Below are positions 38,667-52,988 of a stretch of 64,000 nt of DNA, one piece after another. Position 1 is the first letter of the stretch, and each line of letters opens with the position of its first letter. Under the pieces are notes generated by a model, which was not told the DNA's origin, searched no databases, and saw nothing but the letters and a program-made list of their open reading frames with translations. Location of the stretch: assembly GCA_951406725.2 (NCBI GenBank), contig OX597841.1, positions 13,702,001 to 13,766,000 of the forward strand, given 5' to 3'. Source of the DNA: Octopus vulgaris (Eukaryota). Both the position numbers and the translations under genes were made by a program.

Positions 38667-38827
38667 CGCAGGAGTGGCTGTGTCGTAAGTAGCTTGTTTA
38701 CCAACCAAATTGTTCTGGGTTCAGTCCCACTGCGTGGCATCTTGGGCAAGTGTCTTCTACTATAGCCTCAGGCCGACCAATGCCTTGTGAGTGGATTTGG
38801 TAGACGGAAACTGAAAGAAGCCTGTCG

Positions 38828-38860
<33 letters not shown>

Positions 38861-39077
38861 TTGTGTGTCTATGTTTGTCCCCCTAGCATTGCTTGACAAC
38901 CGATGCTGGTGTGTTTATGTCCCCATCACTTAGCGGTTCGGCAAAAGAGACCGATAGAATAAGTACTGGGCTTACAAAAAGAATAAGTCCCAGGGTCGAG
39001 TTGCTTGATTAAAGGCGGTGCTCCAGCATGGCCGCAGTCAAATGACTGAAACAAGTAATAGAGTAAAAGAGTAAAGA

Positions 39078-39125
<48 letters not shown>

Positions 39126-39399
39126 GCAGAAAGGGAGAGAGAGAGAGAGAGAGAGTCGCATTGTCTCTATTCACTTCCAGAATAAACACATTTATTAAAC
39201 ATTGTATACACAATCTTCACTTGACATATATACCCATACACGTAATTAAGTGTGTGTATGTTTGTGGGTGTGTATAATATATTTAATAATATTACTGGCA
39301 CCACTGTGTCTGGAAATGCTGGTGGCACATCATGTGGCACAACGGGGAACCTGCGACTCCCAATACGAGGCAAAGTAATTTGTTCATATATATATATAC

Positions 39400-39432
<33 letters not shown>

Positions 39433-39840
39433 CTCTTTTTACTCTTTTACTTGTTTCAGTTATGTGACTGCAGCCATGCTGGAGCACCGCCTTTAGTTGA
39501 GCAAATCGACCCCGTGACTTATTCTTTGTAAGCCCAGTACTTATTCTATCGGTCTCTTTTGCCGAACCGCCAAGTGACGGGGATGTAAACACACCAGCAT
39601 CGGTTGTCAAGCAATGCTAGGGGGACAAACACATACACACACATACACATATATATATATATATATGTATATATATACGACAGGCTTCTTTCAGTTTCCG
39701 TCTACCAAATCCACTCACAAGGCATTGGTCGGCCCGGGGCTATAGCAAAAGACACTTGCCCAAGATGCCATGCAGTGGGACTGAACCCGGAACCATGTGG
39801 CTGGTTAGCAAGCTACTTACCACACAGCCACTCCTGCGCC
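38665..39840. mobile_element. Tail-to-tail pair of family A SINEs (38665-39079 +, ~39432-39840 -)
   Basis: Family A sequence in opposite orientations. Confidence 0.9.
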
Positions 39841-40064
39841 TTATATATATATTCTTTTATTCTTTTACTCTTTTTCTTGTTTCAGTCATTTGACTGTGGC
39901 CATGCTGGGGCAGCACTTTAAATCCTGTGCCAACCACTTTACAGAGTGTACTGGGTGCTTTTTTTAGTAGCACTGGCACAAGTGCCTCTGATGTGACAAT
40001 GGCACAGGTGCCTTTTATGTGAAATTCTGGTGCTCCTGATGTGACACCAGCAGATTGTGATTGT

Positions 40065-40118
40065 GGTGATGTTGATGATGATGACAATGACGATGATGAT
40101 GATGATGACAATGACGAC

Positions 40119-40164
<46 letters not shown>

Positions 40165-40545
40165 GTGATGATGATGATGATGATGATGACGATGATGATG
40201 ATGATGACGATGATGATGATGATGATGATGATGATGACGATGACGATGATGATGACAATGACGATGATGATGACGATGATGATGATGATGACGATGATGA
40301 TGATGATGACGATGATGATGATGATGATGATGATGATGACGATGATGATGATGATGACGATGATGATGATGATGACGATGATGATGATGATGACGATGAC
40401 GATGACGATGATGATGATGACGATGATGATGATGTTGACGACAATGATGGTGACAACGATGACAAAGACATCGACAAAAATAACCACAAACAATGACAAT
40501 GATAATGATGACGATGATGATGACGAGGAAAATGATGATGATGGC
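40065..40545 (+). repeat. (GAT)n/(GAC) microsatellite
   Basis: Direct inspection; similar tracts at 21435-21565, 51680-51845, 56800-57390, 61890-62190. Confidence 0.95.
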
Positions 40546-40724
40546 AATATAAATTTGAGTAGGTGCAGGTTTTTTTTCTTTTATTATTATTTTTCTTCCT
40601 TTTCTACTTTCAAGATTTTCAATTTTGGAATTCAAAACAGGAAAAAAACACCAGAAACCATTTCTGTTTAGAAATAGAAATGGAAATACATCAATCAATA
40701 ACCAATTTGTGTGTGTATATATGT

Positions 40725-40826
<102 letters not shown>

Positions 40827-41126
40827 GTCTGTGTATACACACACACATACACGTATTTGTATATATACAGAAATATATGTATACATATATGTGTGTATAT
40901 AAATACGTATATATATATATACATACAAACATACACATATGTATATACATATATATTTATATAAATATATATATATGTATATATATATATAAACATGTAT
41001 ATGTGTATATATATATATATACAAGTATATATATACATACATATATATATAATATATATATGTGTGTGCATATATATACATATACATATATATTATATAT
41101 ATATATATGTATATATACATATATAT

Positions 41127-41164
<38 letters not shown>

Positions 41165-41176
41165 CATACATATCTG

Positions 41177-41235
<59 letters not shown>

Positions 41236-41505
41236 ACATACACATAGAAATGTATATATTCATTATGAAACCCATTAACATCTTTTGGTGAAATTCCATC
41301 ATATTTTCATATTTTGGATGGACGTATAAATATCACTTCCCATAGCTCGCATCAACTTACACCATCACTATCACCACCTATATATATATGTATATATATG
41401 CGTGTGTGTATATCGTTTGTAGAAAACATATATCCGGAGAAGAAGCACACTTTAAGATGTAGAACAGTACTAGCCTTCCCCATTTTCAATATATATATAT
41501 ATATA

Positions 41506-41919
41506 GGCGCAGGAGTGGCTGTGTGGTAAGTAGCTTGCTAACCAACCACATGGTTCCGGGTTCAGTCCCACTGTGTGGCACCTTGGGCAAGTGCCTTCTG
41601 CTATAGCCCCGGGTCGACCAATGCCTTGTGAGTGGATTTGGTAGACGGAAACTGAAAGAAGCCTGTCGTATATATGTATATATATATATATATATGCATA
41701 TGTGTGTTTATGTGTCTGTGTTTGTCCCCCTACCATTGCTTGACAACCGATGCTGGTGTGTTTACGTCCCCGTCACTTAGCGGTTCGGCAAAAGAGACCA
41801 ATAGAATAAGTACTGGGCTTACAAAGAATAAGTCCCGGGGTCGAGTTGCTCAACTAAAGGCGGTGCTCCAGCATGGCCCGCAGTCAAATGACTGAAACAA
41901 GTGAAAGAGTAAAAGAGAG

Positions 41920-41964
<45 letters not shown>

Positions 41965-42418
41965 TAATAAATAAAACATATGCATATATACATACATATA
42001 TGTACGTACCTACCTCTACATGTATATATATACATGCATATATGGGTACAGGACACCAAAAAACGTCGAAGGTTTTGTCTTTATGTTTTCGTTTCTCATT
42101 GTGTTCGACGTTTTTTTTGGTGTCCTGTACCCATATATGCATGTATATATACATGTAGAGGTAGGTACGTACATTTATATATGTATATATGCATACGTTT
42201 TATTTACTCTTTACTCTTTTACTCTTTTACTTGTTTCAGTCATTTGACTGTGGCCATGCTGGAGCACCGCTTTTAGTCGAGCAAATCTTATTCTTTGTAA
42301 GCCCAGTACTTATTCTATCGATTTCTTTTGCCAAACCGCTAAGTGACGGGGACGTAAACACACCAGCATCGGTTGTCAAGCAATGCTAGGGAGGACAAAC
42401 ACAGACACACAAACACGC

Positions 42419-42449
<31 letters not shown>

Positions 42450-42614
42450 TACGACGGGCTTCTTTCAGTTTCCGTCTACCAAATCCACTCACAAGGCTTT
42501 GGTCGGCCCGAGGCTATAGCAGAAGACACATGCCCAAGATGCCACGCAGTGGGACTGAACCCGGAACCATGTGGTTGGTTAGCAAGCTACTTACCACACA
42601 GCCACTCCTGCGCC
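41506..42614. mobile_element. Family A SINE (+, 41506-41917), ~100-bp-arm fold-back (~41967-42205), family A SINE (-, ~42205-42614)
   Basis: Arm ...gtacgtacctacctctacatg...gggtacaggacaccaaaaaacgtcgaa / 33-nt spacer / its reverse complement. Confidence 0.85.
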
Positions 42615-42659
42615 TATTTATTTATTAATTTATTATATGACGGAACGCACTCATCCATT

Positions 42660-42707
<48 letters not shown>

Positions 42708-43355
42708 TGTATGTATGCATGAATGCATATATACATGTATATGCATGCATCTATGTATATATATGTGTATGTGTGAATTGTGAGACAATGGCATATTAAA
42801 TGCTGTTCGTGACAAATTCCAATTCATTAGAATATTTTCCCTGGGGCAGCAGAAACAGAAAAGAAAAGATGTGTGTCAATCCGCAGCTTCCTGGAATCCA
42901 AAGTCGAGAGAATTCCAAGGAGTTTTAGAATGTCACGGATGAATTAACTTGCTTCGGAAAATGGCCGGCGGAAACAGCGATCGGTAGCTCGTGTGCGCTG
43001 GAGATGGAAATATTCCGTGTAATTCCTTGTTGTTGTTGTTCGGTTCTTCCCACGTAAGCATCTTCATGGGAGGGAGACGCGGAAATAAGGGGCAGGGGAA
43101 AGTGGAGTGTCTTGTTTAAAGGGGGAAAAAATAAAATGGCAGTCAGTTGATGGTGGTGAGGTAGTGTTCCAGTTGACCTGATTGACAGAACAGCCTGCGT
43201 GTGAAATTAACATGTAAGTGGCTGAGTACTCCGTAGACATGCATAACTCTTAACATAGTTCTCAAGGAGATTCAGTGTGATGTGGGGTGTGACAGTGCTG
43301 GCCCCTGTTGAATTACTGGTACGGCTCATTTTTGCCAGCTGAGTGGACTGGAGCA

Positions 43356-43740
43356 GTGGAGGCGCAATGGCCCAGTGGTTAGGGCAGCGGACTCGCGGTC
43401 GTAGGATCGCGGTTTCGATTCCCAGACCGGGCATTGTGAGTGTTTATTGAGCGAAAACACCTAAAGCTCCACGAGGCTCCGGCAGGGGTCGGTGGCGATC
43501 CCTGCTGTATTCTTTCGCCACAACTTTCTCTCACTCTTACTTCCTGTTTCTATTGTACCTTATTTCAAAGGGCCGGCCTTGTCACATTCCGTGTCACGCT
43601 GAATCTCCCCCGAGAACTACGTTAAGGGTACACGTGTCTGTGGAGTGCTCAGCCACTTACACGTTAATTTCACGTGCAGGCTGTTCCGTTGATTCGGATC
43701 AACCGGAACCCTCGTCGTCGTAACCGACGGAGTGCTTCCA
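43356..43740 (+). mobile_element. SINE family C nested in an opposite-strand family D SINE (~43165-43862)
   Basis: Host sequence ...gagtggactggagca|acgtgaaataaagtgtc is split by the insertion, with GGAGCA repeated. Confidence 0.9.
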
Positions 43741-44194
43741 CTGGACAGGAGCAACGTGAAATAAAGTGTCTTGTTTAAGGACGCAAAGTGTCCCCGGGAA
43801 TTGAACTCATGTCCTCACGATCATAAGTTGAATGTCTTAACCACTAAGCCTAGGCACCTTCACAGGATCATCATCATCATCATCATCATTGCCGCCATCA
43901 TTTAACGTCTGTTTTCCATGCTGGCATGGGTTGGACGGTTTGACAGGAGCCCGTTAGGCTGGGGTTGGGTGGGGGAACACCGGGCTCCAATTGCCTGTTT
44001 CGGCATGGGTTTCTATGGCTGGATGCCCTTCCTAATGCCAACCACTTTGCAGAGCGGACTGGGAGTTTCTTATGTGGCACCATAACCATTCCTTTTTACA
44101 TGGAGCCATCACCAGTGCATCTCACATGGCACCATCGCCTGAGTTCTTTATGTGGCACCATCACCTGTGGCTTTTTACTTCGTACTGTCACCAA

Positions 44195-45360
44195 TGCCTT
44201 TTACGTGGCACCAGCACCAGTGCCTTTTACGTGGCACCAGAATCAGTGCCTTTTACGTGGCACCAGCACCAGTGCTTTTTATGTGGCACCAGAATCAGTG
44301 CCTTTTACGTGGCACCAGTACCAGTGCTTTTTACGTGGCACCAGAATCAGTGCCTTTTACGTGGCACCAGCATCAGTGCTTTTTATGTGGCACCAGAATC
44401 AGTGCCTTTTATGTGGCACCAGTACCAGTGCTTTTTATGTGGCACCAGAATCAGTGCCTTTTACGTGGCACCAGCATCAGTGCTTTTTATGTGGCACCAG
44501 CATCAGTGCCTTTTACGTGGCACCAGCATCAGTGCCTTTTACGTGGCACCAGAATCAGTGCCTTTTACGTGGCACCAGTACCAGTGCTTTTTACGTGGCA
44601 CCAGAATCAGTGCCTTTTACGTGGCACCAGTACCAGTGCTTTTTACGTGGCACCAGCATCAGTGCTTTTTATGTGGCACCAGCACCAGTGCCTTTTACGT
44701 GGCACCAGAATCAGTGCCTTTTACGTGGCACCAGCACCAGTGCTTTTTATGTGGCACCAGAATCAGTGCCTTTTACGTGGCACCAGTACCAGTGCTTTTT
44801 ATGTGGCACCAGAATCAGTGCCTTTTATGTGGCACCAGTACCAGTGCTTTTTATGTGGCACCAGAATCAGTGCCTTTTACGTGGCACCAGCATCAGTGCT
44901 TTTTATGTGGCACCAGCATCAGTGCCTTTTACGTGGCACCAGAATCAGTGCCTTTTACGTGGCACCAGAATCAGTGCTTTTTACGTGGCACCAGCATCAG
45001 TGCTTTTTATGTGGCACCAGCATCAGTGCCTTTTACGTGGCACCAGAATCAGTGCCTTTTACGTGGCACCAGTACCAGTGCTTTTTACGTGGCACCAGAA
45101 TCAGTGCCTTTTACGTGGCACCAGAATCAGTGCCTTTTACGTGGCACCAGTACCAGTGCTTTTTACGTGGCACCAGCATCAGTGCTTTTTATGTGGCACC
45201 AGCACCAGTGCCTTTTACGTGGCACCAGCACCAGTGCCTTTTACGTGGCACCAGAATCAGTGCTTCTTATGTGGGACCATCACCAATACTTTTTATGTGG
45301 GACCATCACCAGTGCCTTTTATGTGGCACCATCACCAGTGCCTTTTATGTGGCACCAGTA
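44195..45360 (+). repeat. 26-bp minisatellite, ~45 units (TGCYTTTTAYGTGGCACCAGHAYCAG)
   Basis: Strict 26-nt period; degenerate units from ~44065; contiguous with a family E retroposon at 43895-44060. Confidence 0.97.
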
Positions 45361-45565
45361 GGATTTTCATATTTGTCCTTTAGATTTACCAGAAATGTAA
45401 ACCAGAAGTTCTCAATATGGGTAGTACAGCCCCATGGGGCACTGGGCTTGTGAAAGAGGGCCTTGGGCTTTAGGGGGCAGTGAGGGGTGTAAAGTAAAAT
45501 TTGCAACTTTTGTTGCTATCAATTTTTTGTCATTTCCCTGTTAAAAGCTTATACAATCACTCATA

Positions 45566-45736
45566 GGTGCAGGAGTGGCTGTGTTGTAAGTAGCTTGCTT
45601 ACCAACCACATGGTTCTGGGTTCAGTCCCACTGTGTGGCACCTTGGGCAAGTGTCTTCTGCTATAGCCCTGGGCCGACCAATGCCTTGTGAGTGGATTTG
45701 GTAGACGGAAACTGAAAGAAGCCTGTCGTATATATG

Positions 45737-45769
<33 letters not shown>

Positions 45770-45962
45770 CTGTGTTTGTCCCCCTATCATTGCTTGACAA
45801 CCGATGCTGGTGTGTTTATGTCCCTGTTACTTAGTGGTTCGGCAAAAGAGACCGATAGAATAAGTACTGGGCTTACAAAGAATAAGTCCTGGGGTCGATT
45901 TGCTCGACTAAAGGCGGTGCTCCAGCATGGCCGCAGTCAAATGACTGAAACAAGTAAAAGAA
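45566..45962 (+). mobile_element. SINE family A, full length
   Basis: Possible TSD AATCACT; further copies at ~26644-26975, 48692-49093, 49177-49575, 53274-53693, 54724-55285, 60242-60642, 63480-64000. Confidence 0.9.
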
Positions 45963-46689
45963 GAAAAAAAAGAATCACTTTTTAGAGCAAAATTTTTATA
46001 AATTGTGATTCGTGTTAAGGCAGTTTAGTCATGATGCCTCACAGGCCCCTTTGGTGGGCACTGGGCATAGCAACTACTGAAAAACGGAGCGCAAAAAAAA
46101 AAGGGTTAAAAACTGCTAAAATAAACCAATTGCTGATATGAGAGATTCTGTCTCCAAGATGGTCTGTAAAGAATAAAAAGAGTAATTCCAAAGCTGGAAT
46201 TAAAATGGATTATGCAACAAATCTCTTGTCCATTTGTGGCCTTCTTTGACCTTTGCCAAAAAAAGAAATAACAGCCATATTCTGTCCACAGAGGGATTAA
46301 TGTATCTTTATGTAAAGCTCTAAAAAGAATGTGGTTTTTTTTTAGATAAATTTCAAAATATGTGATGAGATTCATAGGTGTCATGGAGACATACACGCAT
46401 AGACACACATATATATATACAGATAAATACTAATACAGCTATGCATGTATATATTTGTAAACATATATATATATAATAGTTTATATATGTATATATATGC
46501 GTGTGCGAGTATATGTATTTATATGTATACTATAGATATACATATATGTACACAAACACACATAGTTATATATACACACACATACACATATATATATATA
46601 TATATATGCATATATATATATATATGTATATATCTGAGTGTGAGTATATGTATCCATATATACTATATATAATAATAATAATAATAATA

Positions 46690-46875
46690 ATTGTGTACAG
46701 TGCTCAGGTGCACTACAACTCATCTAAAGTGTATATATAATCAGGTGAAGTTTCGGCGGATTTCGGAAAGCATGAGGGCCTTAAAGATGCAGTGTCATGG
46801 CAGTCAACAACTGACGCAGGCAGTTTATTCCATGCTTCAGCAACTCTGAGCGTGAAAAAATGTTTCCGAAAGTCA
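46690..46875 (-). mobile_element. CR1-like LINE 3' end with (TTA)n tail
   Basis: DFRKHFFTLRVAEAWNKLPASVVDC; shorter copy at ~36530-36632. Confidence 0.8.
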
Positions 46876-46978
46876 TACACATATATAAATGCATATATGT
46901 ACATATATACATAGATGCACATGTATGTCAACAAGTGTTTGCTTATGTCTCTGTATATATGAGTATGAATATAATATA

Positions 46979-47024
<46 letters not shown>

Positions 47025-47237
47025 CATACGTATACATATATATGTATGTGTGTGTGTATCTCCAAACCTTCCAATATATATAAATATAAACATATATATA
47101 TATATATATATATATACATACACATACATATTCAAATAAATAAACGTCTGTATACATACACACACATACATTTATATAGATATATATATATACACATATA
47201 TACATACATACATGCATTCATACATACATGCATGCAT

Positions 47238-47274
<37 letters not shown>

Positions 47275-47577
47275 CACATGCTCACACACACCCAGATACA
47301 TATCTACATATATACATCCATGCATACATATATACATTCATGCATATACATATATACATATATATATATATACATATATATATATGCATATATATACTCA
47401 TATTAACAGTTGTACATGTTTATACCAAAACCAAGAAAGCCACAGTTTAAAAGTAAAAATACCGAATGCATTAGTGTAGGAATAAAATATGTTTTTTTAT
47501 TGAACACAAATAAATAACTTTATGTAAGTAGTCCATACATACATGCATATATATATATATGTATATATATCTATATA

Positions 47578-47634
<57 letters not shown>

Positions 47635-47743
47635 GATATATATATATATATACATATGTATATATATGATATATATATATATATATACATATGTATATAT
47701 ATGATATACATATATATATATATATGTATATATATGATATATT

Positions 47744-47774
<31 letters not shown>

Positions 47775-47809
47775 GTGTATATATATACATATGTATATAT
47801 ATGATATAC

Positions 47810-47907
<98 letters not shown>

Positions 47908-48852
47908 ATGTATATGTTGAGACATGTGTATATGCATGTATGTGTGTATATATATGTATATGTATAAATGTATGTATGTATGTATGTATGTATGTATGTA
48001 TGTATGTATGTGTGTATATGTAGATGTTTTTTTTGTTTGCAAAACATCTATATATATGAACATCATCATCATCATTATCATCATCGTTTAACGTCCGCTT
48101 TCCATGCTAGCATGGGTTGGACAATTTGACTGAGGGCTGGCGAACCAGATGGCTGCACCAGGCTCCAGTTTTGATCTGGCAGAGTTTCTACAGCTGGATG
48201 CCCTTCCTAACGCCAACCACTCCGAGAGTGTAGTGGATGCTTTTATGTGCCACCGGTATGAGGGCCAGTCAGGTGGTACTGGCAACAACCACACTAGAAT
48301 AGTGCTTTTTATGTGATGATGAAGATGTATGGGTTGGATGGTTTAACAGGGGCTGGCAAGCCAGGGGGCTGCACCAGGCTTCACCGTCTGTTTTGGTAGG
48401 GTTTTTATTCCTGGACGGTCTTCCTAACACCAACATAGAACATTCTTACATCACATACCCCCCCACACACACACATGCAGAATATACCGTACATCCAAAC
48501 CCACTTCATGGTCAATTGTATTGACCACAGCACTCAGCTGTGGTACTTCTATTATTGACCCCAAAAACGGTGATAGGAAAAATCATCCACAGCAGAATTT
48601 GAACTCAGAACATAAGGATGGATGAAATGCTGCTAAGCATGTTACCCAGCATGCGCACAGCTCTGCTAGCTCACTGCCTTATATATATATATGGCTGTGT
48701 GGTAAGTAGCTTGCTAACCAACCACATGGTTCCGGGTTCAGTCCCACTGTGTGGCACCTTGGGCAAGTGTCTTCTACTATAGCCTCGGGCCGACCAAAGC
48801 CTTGTGAGTGGATTTGGTAGATGGAAACTGAAAGAAGCCCGTCGCATATATG

Positions 48853-48883
<31 letters not shown>

Positions 48884-49091
48884 TTGTGTGTCTGTGTTTG
48901 TCCCCCCAGCATTGCTTGACAACCGATGCTGGTGTGTTTACATCCCCATCACTTAGCGGTTCAGCAAAAAGAGACCAATAGAATGAGTACTGGGCTTACA
49001 AAGAATAAGTCCCGGGGTCGAGTTGCTCGACTAAAGGCGGTGCTCCAGCATGGCCGCAGTCAAATGACTGAGACAAGTAAAAGAGTAAAGA

Positions 49092-49176
<85 letters not shown>

Positions 49177-49932
49177 GGCACAAGTGTGGCAGTGAGGTAA
49201 GAAGCTTGCTTCTCAACCACATGGTTCTGGGTTCAGACCTTGAGCAAGTGTCTTCTTCTATAGCCTTGGGTCAACCAAAGCCTTGTGAGTAGATTTCGTA
49301 GATGGAAATTGAAAGAAGCCCATCGTGTATTTGTGCATATATGTATGTGTTTGCGTATCTGTGCCCTCCCCCACCACAATTGTTTGACAACCAATGTTTG
49401 TGTGTTTATGTCCCTGTAACTTTGCAGTTTAGCAAAAGAGACCAATAGAATAAGTACTAGGCTTACAGAGAATAAGTCCTGCGGTCAATTTCTTCGACTA
49501 AAACCCTTTAGGGTGGTGCTCTGGCATGGCCACAGTCAAATGACTGAAACGTGTAAATGACTTAAAGACTAAAAGAATCAAAGAATCAAAGAATATCTAC
49601 AATTATTAAGAAGAAGAATGGTGCGAAAAATTGGTTGTATTTCATGCAATAAAAGAAACAGCTCCCTTCATTTTCCTTGCTTATAACTATGAATAATTTA
49701 CAGTTATTTACGGGTTTTTAGATACACCATCAGCAAAAACTATCAATTTCGATTTTATCTTGTATCTGATAGCAGGTAGCCATTGGATGAGCTTAATAGG
49801 AAAAGTTTCAAGGTTGAAATCCAAATGAAATTGATATATATAATGGTACGTTAAGTGATGATGATGAGGATGATGAGGATGAGGATGATATATATATATA
49901 TGCAGTCATGGTGGGGCAGCACATATATATGT

Positions 49933-49964
<32 letters not shown>

Positions 49965-50046
49965 ACATACACAAGCACATATCTGTCAGATTGTCTGTCT
50001 ATCAATCTGTCTGCCTGTCTTTCTCTATCTATCTATCTATCTATCC

Positions 50047-50149
<103 letters not shown>

Positions 50150-50151
50150 CT

Positions 50152-50241
<90 letters not shown>

Positions 50242-50259
50242 CATCTATCTGTCTGTCTG

Positions 50260-50309
<50 letters not shown>

Positions 50310-51027
50310 TGTCTATCTATTTATTTATCTCTTAGTCTGTATATCTTTCTGTCTATCTATCTATCTTCCTATGTGCCAACATATTTATCTATCTATCTAT
50401 CTGTGTGTGTATGTATATATATATATAAATATATATATATTTATCAAAATAAAAACATGATGCAAAGGATTTAGCGGTACATATGTTTCGGGCCTTTATT
50501 TTGATAAATATACTCTATCACCTACACCACTAAATGGTATATACAGGTGCTTACAATTATCAAGTATTCACCCTAAATACATATATATATATATATATTT
50601 ATCTGTCTGCCTCTCTCTGTCTCTGTCTGTCTGTATGTCTCTCCTTCTGTCTATCTATCTATCCACCTATCTATCTACTTATCTATTTATCCATCTATAT
50701 CCATATATATCTCAAGATATATATATGTCTGTGAGTGTGTATGTACATATTAACATACATTAACTAAATAGTGTCAGAGAGTGTGCAACAGCCACACACA
50801 CACACAGAGCTTATGTTAAAACAATACCATTGTTCTTTCATTGGTACTCCTGCCCCTCCCCTCGGAACACAATAGGGTTGTCGGGTGAATCTATCGCAGG
50901 GTATAAAGCGTTGTATTGATTGTCTGACATGGAACTGTACACTCTGGGGTGTGTTTGGATGTGCAGCATATTGTGTGTGTGTGCGCATGTGTGTGTGTGT
51001 GTGTTCGTGTATTACATAAGATGTGTG

Positions 51028-51076
<49 letters not shown>

Positions 51077-51379
51077 TTATATATATTTATATATATGTAT
51101 GTGCATATATATATTTATATATATATGTATATGTGTGTATATATATATATATGTATGTGTATGTATATGTGTATATATATATATATATATTTAGATATAG
51201 TTATATATATGTATATGTATATATGTATGTATATATATGTGTGCGTGTGTCTGTATATATATATATGAATCTATCTCTCTCTCTCTCTCTTTATATATAT
51301 ATATATATATACATATATTAATGAATATATATATATATAAATATATACAAGTATATATGTATCTATCTATCTCTCCTTT

Positions 51380-51418
<39 letters not shown>

Positions 51419-51465
51419 TCACATACACACACACAAACATATATGTATATATCTATGTGTGTGTA

Positions 51466-51503
<38 letters not shown>

Positions 51504-51775
51504 CACACAGACACACAGACAGAGGCGTGTATTGTTAAGTACGTATAGATTAGTGATCATCTGTCATCGATAGCTTTACGTTCTTTTCAAACCTGTCACC
51601 AACAACAACAACAGCAACAACAACAACAACTACCTTCAAAGTGCACCAAGTTTATGCAGTAAGGAAACGATTTCGTGCAATGCATCACCACCACCACCAA
51701 CACCACCATCATCACCATTATCATCATCATCATCATCATCATCATCACCACCACCACCACCACCACCATCATCAC

Positions 51776-51806
<31 letters not shown>

Positions 51807-52315
51807 GTCATCATCATCATCATCGTCACCACCACCACCACTGGCTGCAGCAACAGCAGCAGCCCTGCAACTGACATGCATGGAATTAACGTTTTTGCTG
51901 GTTTTCTCCTTTTACACACGCACGCACACACACATTCGTACACATACATGCACACACATGCATGCACACACACATGTACACTCACACACGCATGTACAGA
52001 CACCACATACACACACGCACACACACGCACACACATGCACACACACATGCATGCACACACACACGCATACACACATGTACAGACACCACACACACATGTA
52101 CACTCATACACATGCATACACACACATACACTCTCACATACGCATGCACACACGTACATACACACACACACACACCTACACACAGATATCGAAGATGTTT
52201 GACAAGGCAGCTACAATATGGTTGCAAGACTGGCTAGAAATAGCAGCCATGCATAAAGCCTTCAGTCGTATTTCTTTCCACAAGAAATATCTAGAGCTTC
52301 TACAATAGTAAATAT

Positions 52316-52405
<90 letters not shown>

Positions 52406-52604
52406 TGTGTGTGTGTATGTTTGTGTGTGTGTGTGTGTTTGTAATCTTTCAGTGTTTGTGACTGAAAGATTACAAAGTATACTTTGCAGTTCTGAGGTTC
52501 TGGGTTCAAACTCACAGCTAGGTTCTTTGTCTTGAGTCCTCTACTTCTGCCGTAACCCCAGGTTGCTCCATATATATACATATATATACATACATTATGA
52601 TGGA

Positions 52605-52988
52605 TGGAAGCACTCCGTCGGTTACGACGACGAGGGTTCCGGTTGATCCGAATCAACGGAACAGCCTGCTCGTGAAATTAACGTATAAGTGGCTGAGCAC
52701 TCCACAGACACGTGTACCCTTAATGCAGTTCTCGGGGATATTCAGCGTGACACAGAGAGTGACAAGGCCGGCCCTTTGAAATACAGGTACAACAGAAACA
52801 GGAAGTAAGAGTGAGAGAAAGTTGTGGTGAAAGAGTACAGCAGGGATCACCACCATCCCTGCCGGAACCTCGTGGAGCTTTAGGTGTTTTCATTCAATAA
52901 ACACTCACAATGCCCGGTCTGGGAATCGAAACCGCGATCCTATGACCGCGAGTCCGCTGCCCTAACCACTGAGCCATTGTGCCTCCAC
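52605..52988 (-). mobile_element. SINE family C, full length, with a 33/37-bp flanking duplication
   Basis: tgctccatat...catacatt at 52564-52596 and 52989-53025. Confidence 0.9.

Noticed and set aside
43356-43435. tRNA-Arg gene
   Set aside because: It is the head of a multi-copy SINE and continues into SINE body and tail.
44195-45360. CRISPR-like array (regular, partly palindromic repeats)
   Set aside because: No unique spacers: units are head-to-tail with only four variable bases. No cas genes, eukaryotic context.
43965-45453. Three long ORFs (429-472 aa)
   Set aside because: Consequence of a stop-free 26-bp unit; the same peptide cycles through all three frames; no splice or homology evidence.
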